Assembly: GCA_028694995.1 (NCBI GenBank)
Contig: JAQVJU010000001.1
Coordinates: 15,314 to 79,313, forward strand
Direction: 5' to 3'
Source of the DNA: Minisyncoccota bacterium
GTDB lineage: Bacteria > Patescibacteriota > Minisyncoccia > UBA6257
DNA: 64,000 nt
The translations under genes and the position numbers were made by a program. Within the stretch, counting starts at the first letter, position 1; each line of letters begins with the position of its first letter. The notes beneath the pieces are model-generated. The model did not search any database and was not told where the DNA came from. It saw only the letters and a list, made by a program, of their open reading frames with translations. This document shows, one piece after another, positions 8,884 to 17,784 of the stretch.

Positions 8884-10602
8884 ATGTCTACAATTAAAAA
8901 ACATCAAAAATTTTCTCATAGAAAAACCAAACAACCAATTGATCCTTTAAGGATTATTCCTTTAGGTGGTTTGGAAGAAATTGGCCGTAATATGGTCTTG
9001 TTTGAATACCAAAACCAAGTTTTGATTATTGATATGGGATTGCAATTCCCTGATGAAGATATGCCCGGGATTGATTTTATTATTCCTAATATAGAATACT
9101 TAACCAAACATCCAGAGAAAAAAATACTAGGAATTGTTATCACTCATGCCCATTATGACCATATTGGCGCCATTCCCTATCTGATTGACAAGATAAATTA
9201 CCCCCCAATCTTTACTGCTCCTTTAAGTAAAGGCATCATTTTAAAGAGACAGGAAGACTTTTCTAATTTAAAAAAACTTAATATTCAAGAAATATATCCA
9301 GGCAAGAAATTCATCTTGGGTCCATTTAAGATTACTCCTTTTCATTTAAACCATAATATTCCTGATACTCTTGGATTGGCAATAGACAGTCCTGCTGGTT
9401 TGATTATGTTTGCCACAGACTTTAAATTTGACCTTCAACCCATAGCAGACAAACCTGCTGACCTTTCACGAATTATTGACCTGGCTTCAAAGGGAACCAC
9501 TCTTTTAATGGCTGATTCAACCGGAGCTGAAAACCCTGGTCATTCTATCTCTGAGAAAACAATTATGGATAATATGGATCCTGTTTTTAGAGATGCTCAA
9601 GGCAGGATTATTTTATCAACCTTTTCTTCATTAATCAGCCGCGTCCAACAAGCAATCTGGCTTTCAGAAAAATACAATCGAAAAGTTGTCATTGAAGGAT
9701 TTTCCATGAAAACTAATGTTGCTATTGCGGAAAAATTAAAATATCTATCAATTAAAAAAGGCACTATTGTTGACTGGAAAACAGCAAGCCGATTAGAACC
9801 AAATAAGCTCACTGTTCTCTGCACTGGTGCCCAAGGAGAATCAGAGGCAGTTTTAATGCGAATTGTTAACCGACAACATAAATATCTTAGAATCCAGAAA
9901 AAAGATGTTGTTATCTTTTCTTCTTCTGTAGTCCCTGGTAATGAACTGGCTGTTCAAAACTTAAAAGATAATTTAGCTAAACAAGGCGCTAAAATCTATC
10001 ATTATAAAATGCTTGATATTCACGCCTCTGGCCATGGCTATCAAGAAGATTTAAAAACCATGATTAACTTAGTCAAACCTAAATTCTTCATTCCTATTCA
10101 TGGTCATTATTCAATGTTAAAAGCCCATGCAGAATTAGCTGAATCAGTCGGCATTGCTCCTAATAATGTGGTGTTGGCTATTAACGGCCAAGTAATTGAA
10201 TTGACAAAAAACAAAATAACAGCAACCCAAAAGTTTGTTCCTGCCAATTATATTATGGTTGACGGCTTAGGGGTTGGTGATGTTAAAGAAGTGGTTCTCA
10301 GGGCCAGACAAACTTTAGCCACTGATGGTATCTTTATTATTGTTGCTTTAGTAGATAGAAAAACAGGATTACTTCTAAATGATCCTCAGATTACTTCCCA
10401 AGGATTTGTCTATATGAAAGAATCAAAAGATTTAATTAATCAAACTAAAAAACTAGTCAGAGAAATTGTTAGTTCTTCTACTAGCGGCCATACATTTAAT
10501 GAAGAATATATTCGTAATAATTTAAGAAATAAAATAGGCCTGTTCCTGTTTAAGAAAACAGAAAGAAGGCCTATGGTTCTACCTATTGTAATTGAAGTTT
10601 AA
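8884..10602 (+). CDS. rnj: ribonuclease J
   Basis: N-terminus IIPLGGLEEIGRNM, metallo-beta-lactamase motif ITHAHYDHIGAIPYL, beta-CASP and C-terminal domains. Confidence 0.9.
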   Translation: MSTIKKHQKFSHRKTKQPIDPLRIIPLGGLEEIGRNMVLFEYQNQVLIIDMGLQFPDEDMPGIDFIIPNIEYLTKHPEKKILGIVITHAHYDHIGAIPYLIDKINYPPIFTAPLSKGIILKRQEDFSNLKKLNIQEIYPGKKFILGPFKITPFHLNHNIPDTLGLAIDSPAGLIMFATDFKFDLQPIADKPADLSRIIDLASKGTTLLMADSTGAENPGHSISEKTIMDNMDPVFRDAQGRIILSTFSSLISRVQQAIWLSEKYNRKVVIEGFSMKTNVAIAEKLKYLSIKKGTIVDWKTASRLEPNKLTVLCTGAQGESEAVLMRIVNRQHKYLRIQKKDVVIFSSSVVPGNELAVQNLKDNLAKQGAKIYHYKMLDIHASGHGYQEDLKTMINLVKPKFFIPIHGHYSMLKAHAELAESVGIAPNNVVLAINGQVIELTKNKITATQKFVPANYIMVDGLGVGDVKEVVLRARQTLATDGIFIIVALVDRKTGLLLNDPQITSQGFVYMKESKDLINQTKKLVREIVSSSTSGHTFNEEYIRNNLRNKIGLFLFKKTERRPMVLPIVIEV

Positions 10603-11422
10603 ACAATTCAACTGTGTTTTGAAAAGTAACTCTCTCAACTTCTTCTTGGGAGAGTTTTTTTATCTGAGCAATTTTCTTAGCCACTTCCCTAACATAAATA
10701 GGCTCATTTCTCTGACCACGATAAGGAATTGGCGCTACATATGGAGCATCAGTTTCAATTAATATTTTTTTCAAAAGTATTGCCTCTATTACCCTGTCCA
10801 TTTCTGAAGAATAAGTAATAACTCCTGACAATCCAATCAAAAACCCTTTATCAATAATCATTTTTGCCTGACTTAAATTCCCAGTAAAGAAATGAAATAC
10901 TCCTTGCCCTTTATATTCTTCAGCTTCTAAAATGGATAAAGCTTGTTCATATAGATTACGAACATGTAAACTTAAAGGTAATTGATATTTTTTAGCTATC
11001 TGAATTTGTTTTTTAAATTCTTTTTTTTGCGCTTCTTGATATTTCTCTTGATCTTTTTTTGAAAAATCTTTCAAGTAAGAATAATCTAAACCACATTCTC
11101 CAATTGCCACTACCTTAGGCTCTTGTAAAAGAATTTCAAAATTCCCATCAAAAACTTCTGGATTTTTAAATTCTGAATTAAAATTAATTGTATTTAATTC
11201 ATTCTTATCTACTTTCATTGGACCAGTATGGCTTGGATGCAAACCTACTGTAGCCCAGCAATTTTCATATTGTTTAGCAATAGCTACTGCTTTCTTAGAA
11301 GTTTCCAAACAAGTTCCAATATTAATTACAAAAACATTCTCTTGTTTGTTTTTTTGTATTATTTGCTCTAAATCTTTATCAAAAGCAGCTAAATTCAAAT
11401 GGGTATGTGAATCAAATATCAT
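10583..11422 (-). CDS. TatD-family metal-dependent hydrolase (DNase)
   Basis: N-terminal MIFDSHTHL and TIM-barrel TatD motifs (GECGLDY, ETDAPY). Confidence 0.85.
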   Translation of the reverse strand: MIFDSHTHLNLAAFDKDLEQIIQKNKQENVFVINIGTCLETSKKAVAIAKQYENCWATVGLHPSHTGPMKVDKNELNTINFNSEFKNPEVFDGNFEILLQEPKVVAIGECGLDYSYLKDFSKKDQEKYQEAQKKEFKKQIQIAKKYQLPLSLHVRNLYEQALSILEAEEYKGQGVFHFFTGNLSQAKMIIDKGFLIGLSGVITYSSEMDRVIEAILLKKILIETDAPYVAPIPYRGQRNEPIYVREVAKKIAQIKKLSQEEVERVTFQNTVELFKLQLQ

Positions 11423-11426
11423 AATA

Positions 11427-12467
11427 TTACAGAAGTTGTTTCTGAGGAATAAAAGAAGCTAAACGACCACTCTGAATATCTCTTAACAAATCAACTATAG
11501 CTGCGGCTAAGGGAATAGCAATAATAATTCCTGCAATTCCTGCTGTTTTACCTCCTATTAATAAAGCAATGATAATAACCAAAGGATTTAATTTCATTGT
11601 CTTGGCTCTTAATAAAGGAGCAATAAAACTTTCTATAGCTTGAATAACCATAAAGATAACTAAAACAGCAATACCTAGGAAAAAGCTTTGATTAAATCCA
11701 ATTAAGGTTGCTATCAACCCAATAATGATTGGACCGATATAGGGAATAAAATCAAATAAAGCAGTTAAGATGGCTAATAACTCAGCCTGAGGTATGCCTA
11801 AAATCTTAAAACTGATAAAAACTAAACTACCAACAAAACAACTTAAGATTAGTTGGGTAAAAAACCAATTACAAACTTTTCCTCGTGTTTTTCTCCAAAG
11901 CTCTATAACATAATTCTCATAAATCTTTGGGAAAATTAAAGAAATTGTTTTTTCTATTCCTTGTTTTTCTGTATTAATGAAAAAAGAAAACAATAAAACA
12001 GAAAAAGCAGTAAAAGCTCCACCAAGAATCTTGCTTAACAAACCAATAGATTGATTAAAAAATTCAAATAAATGACCTTGGGAAATACCTGTTAAACTTA
12101 ACCAGTTTTCTACAGAAGATTCTGGTAATTGCCATTCTTGCCATAATCGAAACAAAGATTCTTTATTTATCTCAGCAGGAATAAGGTTTATAAAATCAAG
12201 CATTGATTGGTTTAAGATAGGAATTAACCAAAAAGCCATTAGGCTTAAACTACCTAATAAAATTAAATACACCACTGAGGTTGCTAACCAACGATTTTTC
12301 CATTTTGTTTCTAAGTAATCAATGGGCTTTTCAAATAAAGAAGCTAAAATAAAGCTTAATAAGGCAATAAAAATAATTTGCCTAAAATACCAGGCAGCAA
12401 TAAAACCTATCAAGATGATATAAAATCTTAAAAAACTTTGCCAAGAAATATCTAGTTTTTGATTCAT
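11427..12467 (-). CDS. AI-2E family transporter-like permease
   Basis: 346 aa, ~8 TM helices, YhhT/AI-2E-like (PF01594) topology and C-terminal motif region. Confidence 0.5.
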   Translation of the reverse strand: MNQKLDISWQSFLRFYIILIGFIAAWYFRQIIFIALLSFILASLFEKPIDYLETKWKNRWLATSVVYLILLGSLSLMAFWLIPILNQSMLDFINLIPAEINKESLFRLWQEWQLPESSVENWLSLTGISQGHLFEFFNQSIGLLSKILGGAFTAFSVLLFSFFINTEKQGIEKTISLIFPKIYENYVIELWRKTRGKVCNWFFTQLILSCFVGSLVFISFKILGIPQAELLAILTALFDFIPYIGPIIIGLIATLIGFNQSFFLGIAVLVIFMVIQAIESFIAPLLRAKTMKLNPLVIIIALLIGGKTAGIAGIIIAIPLAAAIVDLLRDIQSGRLASFIPQKQLL

Positions 12468-12468
12468 T

Positions 12469-13740
12469 TTAAATATAAAGTAATTTTTCTAGTTTTTCCT
12501 TATTCTTATGAGGACCAATTAAAGCTAAGTTTAAAAACTCAGGTTTTAATAAATCTTGAGCTACTTTTTGAATATCAGAAATAGTTATTTCTTTAATTTT
12601 TTTTAGATATTGCTCAGGTGTTTCTATTTCTTTTCTTAATAATTCATCAAAAGCAAATCCTTCTGCTAAATTATGAATATTTTCTAAACCTAGAGCCACT
12701 TTACCATTAATATAATTTTTAGCCTTTTTTAACTCTTTATTACCTATTTTTTTTGTTTTTAATTTACCCCATTCTTTTAAAATGACTCTGATTACTTCTT
12801 CTAAGCGTTTATTATCTATGCCTGCCCTAACAACCCAAAAACCATGACTTGAATGGGTGACCATTAAACTACTGACATAATAAGCTACTCCTAATTTATC
12901 TCTAATAGCTTGAAAAAGCATTCCAGACATCCCTCCATCTAAAATAGTATCTAACATTTTTAAAGCATACCTTCCCTTATCAAAAAAGTTTATGCCCCTT
13001 ACCCCTAAGGCTAAATGAGTTTGATCTGTTTTTCTATTTTCTATAAAAACTTGGGGTTTGTTTTGTTTTTCTTTAACCTTTTCCTTTGCTATTCCTTGGC
13101 CTGACTTTATATTATGAAAATATTTTTTTACTTTTTTAATAATTTCTTTTTCAGAAAAATTACCACTGATAACAACAATTGTTGATTCTGCCCTATACTG
13201 AGATTCCTTGTATTTAATAAAATCTTTTTTTTGAAAGTTTATAATATTTTCCTTTGGGCCTAAGATAGAACGACCTATGGGTTGGTTACCATATAATAAT
13301 CTTCTCCAATGATCCCAAACATATCTTCTGGGTTCATCTTTATACATATTAATTTCTTCAATAATAACTCCTTTTTCTTTTTTTATTTCTTGAGATGGAA
13401 ATTGAGAATTTAAAAAAATATCTGAAACTACATCTAGGGCTATGTCTTTATTTTGCTTTGCTACCTTAGCGTAATAACCTGTGTACTCAAAACTAGTAAA
13501 GGCATTGTAAGAGCCACCAACAGAATCTAATTCTTTAGTAATGGCAAAGTTAGAAGGACGTTTTTTAGTACCTTTAAAGCACATATGCTCTAAGAAATGA
13601 GAAATACCATTATTCTCTTTACTTTCAAAATCACTGCCTGTATTTACTAAAACCATGGCTTGAAAAGAAAGTGCCTCTTTAGAAGGAACTGTAAGTACTT
13701 TTAATCCATTATTAAGTTTTATTAATTTAAACTTATGCAT
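12469..13740 (-). CDS. M16 family zinc peptidase (insulinase-like)
   Basis: Inverted zinc-binding motif HFLEHMCFKGT (HxxEH). Confidence 0.85.
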   Translation of the reverse strand: MHKFKLIKLNNGLKVLTVPSKEALSFQAMVLVNTGSDFESKENNGISHFLEHMCFKGTKKRPSNFAITKELDSVGGSYNAFTSFEYTGYYAKVAKQNKDIALDVVSDIFLNSQFPSQEIKKEKGVIIEEINMYKDEPRRYVWDHWRRLLYGNQPIGRSILGPKENIINFQKKDFIKYKESQYRAESTIVVISGNFSEKEIIKKVKKYFHNIKSGQGIAKEKVKEKQNKPQVFIENRKTDQTHLALGVRGINFFDKGRYALKMLDTILDGGMSGMLFQAIRDKLGVAYYVSSLMVTHSSHGFWVVRAGIDNKRLEEVIRVILKEWGKLKTKKIGNKELKKAKNYINGKVALGLENIHNLAEGFAFDELLRKEIETPEQYLKKIKEITISDIQKVAQDLLKPEFLNLALIGPHKNKEKLEKLLYI

Positions 13741-15106
13741 TATTTAATTTTTCTTTTATATATTGAACAATATCTGAACATTTAATCCTTTCTTGTTTCA
13801 TTGTATCTCGGTCACGAATAGTAACTGTATCATCTTCTAGGGTTTGATAATCAATGGTAATACACCAAGGCGTGCCAATTTCATCTTGACGGCGATATCT
13901 TTTCCCAATATTGCCAATATCGTCCCAGAGAGTCATAAATTCTGGTTTTAAAACATTAAAAACACTCTTTGCTTTTTTAGTTAATTCAGGTTTATTAGCT
14001 ACTAAAGGAAAAACTGCTGCCTTGTATGGCGCTAATGTTGGTTTCATTTTCAAAAACACTCTCTTGTCTTTATTGACCATTTCTTCTCTATAACTTTCTG
14101 CTAAAACAGAGAGAAAAGTTCTTTGTAAACCACCAGAACATTCAATAATGTATGGAACATATCTTTTTTTTGTTTGGGGGTCAAAATAATCAAGAGTTTT
14201 GCCAGAAAACTTACCATGTTGGGTTAAATCATAATCAGAACGATGGTGCACTCCTTCTAATTCTTCAAAATCATTAAAGAATTTGTATTCAATATCCCAA
14301 GCATCTTTTGCATAAAAAATCCTTTCTTCTGGAGTATGTTGTCTCCAGCGCAACCTTTCTTTACTTAAACCAATATCTTCCAAATACCAATTTAATCTAA
14401 TTTTTTTCCATTCTTCATATACTTTATCTGCATTTTCTGGAGCACAGAAATATTGGATATCCATTTGTTCAAATTCTCGAACCTTAAACAAGAATTTCCC
14501 TAAAGTAATTTCATTACGGAAAGCCTTACCTATTTGCCCTATACCAAAAGGAATTTGTGCAGCCATTGTATCTCTAACTGGTAGATAATCAAGATAAATA
14601 TTTTGACAAGATTCTCCTTTAAGGTATACCTTCATTTTTTCTCCAGCCACTGCCCCAACCTCAGTGGCCATTAAAAGATTGAATTCTTTTACTGTTGGTA
14701 TTAATTCTCCTTTACAATCAGGACAAGTTAAACTACCTTGTTCTAAAATCTTCCATTCTCCTGTTTGATTATCTTTTTCTAATATCCAGCCTTCAAGATG
14801 ATCAGCCCGAAATCTTTTTTTACAAACCGGGCATTGGATTAAAGGATCAGTAAAAGCAACTGTATGACCACTAGCCTCCCATGCCTTTGGATGCATCAGA
14901 ATAGACCCATCAATTAAATAAATATCATCTCTTTCCTGAACCATTTTTTTAATCCAAAGGTCACGAATATTTTTAGCTAAAAGCGAGCCCAGAGGACCAA
15001 AATCATAAACATTAGCTAGGCCACCATAAATCTCAGAAGAGAGATAAACAAAACCTCTTCTTTTGCATAAAGAAATGATTTTTTCCATTAAATCACTTTG
15101 ATTCAT
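13733..15106 (-). CDS. glyQS: glycine--tRNA ligase (dimeric alpha2 type)
   Basis: N-terminus ...RRGFVYLSSEIYGGLANVYDFGPLGS; class II motifs. Confidence 0.9.
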   Translation of the reverse strand: MNQSDLMEKIISLCKRRGFVYLSSEIYGGLANVYDFGPLGSLLAKNIRDLWIKKMVQERDDIYLIDGSILMHPKAWEASGHTVAFTDPLIQCPVCKKRFRADHLEGWILEKDNQTGEWKILEQGSLTCPDCKGELIPTVKEFNLLMATEVGAVAGEKMKVYLKGESCQNIYLDYLPVRDTMAAQIPFGIGQIGKAFRNEITLGKFLFKVREFEQMDIQYFCAPENADKVYEEWKKIRLNWYLEDIGLSKERLRWRQHTPEERIFYAKDAWDIEYKFFNDFEELEGVHHRSDYDLTQHGKFSGKTLDYFDPQTKKRYVPYIIECSGGLQRTFLSVLAESYREEMVNKDKRVFLKMKPTLAPYKAAVFPLVANKPELTKKAKSVFNVLKPEFMTLWDDIGNIGKRYRRQDEIGTPWCITIDYQTLEDDTVTIRDRDTMKQERIKCSDIVQYIKEKLNNA

Positions 15107-15133
15107 TTTATTTATTCTTTATTATTATTTTCT

Positions 15134-16867
15134 CTACAATCCAACAATGCCTTCATTTGGCAATACGGTTTTATCAGTTAATTCAATAGATTTAACTGCC
15201 GGATAATTTAAATTAATATTCTTTCCAGTAAAAGCATCTGTGGCTGTAAAGGTAGTTCTTTCTATCAAATCTATTGCCTGATTAATATGCGCTGTTGAAG
15301 GAGTAACTTTTATTTGGAAGATAAGTTCTTGAGCTTTAGTAATAATTCCTGAACCAGCTGGAATAATATCAATTTGCCAAGAAAACTCACGGGTTAAAGG
15401 ATCATATGTTGGACGATTAGAGCCATAATTACCACTAATTTGACTGGTAAATTCTACCCAGAGAGGTAAGGTGGTGCGGATTTTTACATCTCTTAAAGAA
15501 TTAAAACTATTTAACACCTTCCAGTGAATAGTAAAATCAGTAGCATTATTAGCTCTTAAAGGCAAACTACCAGTATTTGCTATCTGCGAAGGAGCATCAC
15601 GAAAATAACTTTCAATCACTAAATTACCACCACTATTAATTTTAATCGTATTCAAAGTTGCTGCCCGAGGCAATTCACTCACTTCTAGTTGTTCTGGTAC
15701 ATTAGAGCTTTTAATCAGTGTTTGTATTTCTAATATTACATTCTTTTGAACCGCGCTTGTCATTGGCCAATCTTCTTTTAACTTTATTGAAAATTCTAAA
15801 GTTCCTTTTTCTCCTGGATTAAGAGAATAAAGCGGCGCCACTTTTGCCCCAGACCAAACCAATGTATTAGTTTTTGATAAAAATGTTGCTTTTGGAGCCT
15901 TTAAAGTTGATAAATCAAAAGCTTCACCTTTTAACACTACTTCAACATCTAAATTCCTTAAAGTAGCAGAATAATTGTTTTGATAATCTATGACAACCTC
16001 TAAGGTTTCTCCTAAGTCAGCATTGTAATTAATTTGACTATTAACTAAAGAAGAAATAGCTAAGGGATTTTTAATTACTGTTAGAAAACTTTCAGCTTTG
16101 CTTAAAGGAAGAAAAACCCCATCCTTTACCATGCCTAGGTTTAAAATGATTCTTTTTGTTTCTCCAGCTTGTCCAGTCATAAATCCTTTGACAAGAACCT
16201 TGCCTTGACTGGCTGGGTATAATTCCCCTAATGTCCATCGATTATCTCCTGTGGCAGAAATTTCAGGAACAGATTCTTGAAAGATAAAACCTGTGGGCCA
16301 CTCCACTCGTACTTCAACATTGTCAAAGGTATAACCAGAAAGATTTTCCCAATTAATTTCTAAAGGAAAAACTTGTTCAGCAAAAACCTGGCTCAAGGTA
16401 ACAGCTTCTAATCTAAAAGAAGAACCAGAAATTAAAACAGATTTAACAGCTTTCTTTTCAAAAACAGAGCTAATTCCTTTTGAGCGATAAGCGAGAACTG
16501 CTTCAATTTTTTTTAATGTTTTTGATTCTCCAGTAATTAACAAACTAACTTCTTTTTTACCCATTGATAATGAATCTATTTCTTCTAGCTTTAAAGTGAG
16601 AACTTTTTCTTTAGGATTATCAACAGCAAATACCCCTTCAGGCAATTTTATCTTTATCTCTGCTTCTTCAAGCTTTACTCGGGATTTATTCTCAACTGTT
16701 AAAGAAAACTCCTTTACTTCACCAGATTTAGCTTCATCAGTTCCAGAAAAAACAAAATCTACTCCTCCTCTATTAAAAAATCCCCAAGTTAAATAACCAA
16801 TGATTAATATTAAAATTGTAATGACTACACCTCCCCAAAAAGTTTTAAAAAATGCTTTAATCTCCAT
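15134..16867 (-). CDS. hypothetical membrane-anchored extracellular protein (577 aa)
   Basis: N-terminal TM helix followed by a long beta-rich region; no known motif. Confidence 0.4.
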   Translation of the reverse strand: MEIKAFFKTFWGGVVITILILIIGYLTWGFFNRGGVDFVFSGTDEAKSGEVKEFSLTVENKSRVKLEEAEIKIKLPEGVFAVDNPKEKVLTLKLEEIDSLSMGKKEVSLLITGESKTLKKIEAVLAYRSKGISSVFEKKAVKSVLISGSSFRLEAVTLSQVFAEQVFPLEINWENLSGYTFDNVEVRVEWPTGFIFQESVPEISATGDNRWTLGELYPASQGKVLVKGFMTGQAGETKRIILNLGMVKDGVFLPLSKAESFLTVIKNPLAISSLVNSQINYNADLGETLEVVIDYQNNYSATLRNLDVEVVLKGEAFDLSTLKAPKATFLSKTNTLVWSGAKVAPLYSLNPGEKGTLEFSIKLKEDWPMTSAVQKNVILEIQTLIKSSNVPEQLEVSELPRAATLNTIKINSGGNLVIESYFRDAPSQIANTGSLPLRANNATDFTIHWKVLNSFNSLRDVKIRTTLPLWVEFTSQISGNYGSNRPTYDPLTREFSWQIDIIPAGSGIITKAQELIFQIKVTPSTAHINQAIDLIERTTFTATDAFTGKNINLNYPAVKSIELTDKTVLPNEGIVGL

Positions 16868-16887
16868 AGGTTTAAAATATTTAAAGA

Positions 16888-17616
16888 TTATGAACTCATT
16901 ATATCTGATTTTATAGCTAAAGTAAATTCATCTAAAAACCGCTTGAGATATTTTTTTTCTTTTAAAACCTCATTAACTTGAGAACGACGCAAGAATTGTT
17001 GTAAAGAAGAATTAAATAACAAATTCAAAATTCTTTTTTGTTGAGTATTTATTGGCCAATCTTGCTCTTGGTGATGTTGAGGACAGACAATGCCTTTTTT
17101 TTGAAAACTAAAAAACCTATTATTAATTGTTTTTCCACATTCAACACAACCTTCTAAAAATGGAAACAAGCCTAAAATTTCTAAAAACTTAGCATTAAAA
17201 TAAAGCCAAAGAAAATCAGCAATTTCAGGAAATTTATCAAAATTCTCTTCTAGAAAATAAAAAGAATCATAAAGAAGTTTCCAAATTTCTGGCTCAATTT
17301 GATTTTCAATTGTAAGCTTATCTACTAAATCTACAATCAAGAAAGAAACTAATAAAGGTTTTTTCTTTTTTTTAATTACGGGAAAAGAAAATTTCTCCAA
17401 GGCGCTAACTAAACGGGGATTTTGAGACATTGTAAATTGTATCTCCACTAATGAAGGCACTTCTAAATGACCAGGTAATTTTGCGTTTATTTTTCTAGCC
17501 CCTGGAGTCAGTAAATTTATTTTACCAAATTTCTGAGTATAAAAAGTATAATTCCGATCATGCTCTCTTACTGGTTCTTGTTTTAAAACAAAAGCTAAAG
17601 TTGTATAGTATTCCAT
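16888..17616 (-). CDS. recO: DNA repair protein RecO
   Basis: 242 aa; N-terminal OB-fold pattern (AFVLKQEPVREHDRNYTFYTQKFGKINLLTPGARK) and CVECGK zinc motif. Confidence 0.6.
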   Translation of the reverse strand: MEYYTTLAFVLKQEPVREHDRNYTFYTQKFGKINLLTPGARKINAKLPGHLEVPSLVEIQFTMSQNPRLVSALEKFSFPVIKKKKKPLLVSFLIVDLVDKLTIENQIEPEIWKLLYDSFYFLEENFDKFPEIADFLWLYFNAKFLEILGLFPFLEGCVECGKTINNRFFSFQKKGIVCPQHHQEQDWPINTQQKRILNLLFNSSLQQFLRRSQVNEVLKEKKYLKRFLDEFTLAIKSDIMSS

Positions 17617-17709
17617 AATATTAAAATTGAGTTTTTATCCTTCAGATAGTATACAAAATAAAGGGCTTTGCCTTCAAGAGAGAATTTAGATATAATAATT
17701 AAAGTCCAA

Positions 17710-17781
17710 CCCCCTGTAGTTTAATGGATAGAATGCGGGATTGCGGATCCCGTGATCGAGGTTCGACTCCTCGCAGGGGGA
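17710..17781 (+). tRNA. tRNA-Arg (anticodon GCG), no CCA encoded
   Basis: Acceptor CCCCCTG/CAGGGGG, D-loop AATGGATAGAAT is Arg-like, anticodon stem CGGGA/TCCCG with loop TTGCGGA, T-loop TTCGACT. Confidence 0.7.
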
Positions 17782-17784
17782 CTT

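Noticed and set aside
17752-17784. ORF-track N-terminal extensions that read through tRNA genes (also 20966-21052, 32468-32566, 55229-55303)
   Set aside because: The extensions overlap well-folded tRNA genes on the same strand. Conserved protein N-termini (RecG MNSVIK.., HtrA, IF-2 G-domain, TrpRS MSLKNK..) begin at internal ATGs just past the tRNAs, so the starts were trimmed.
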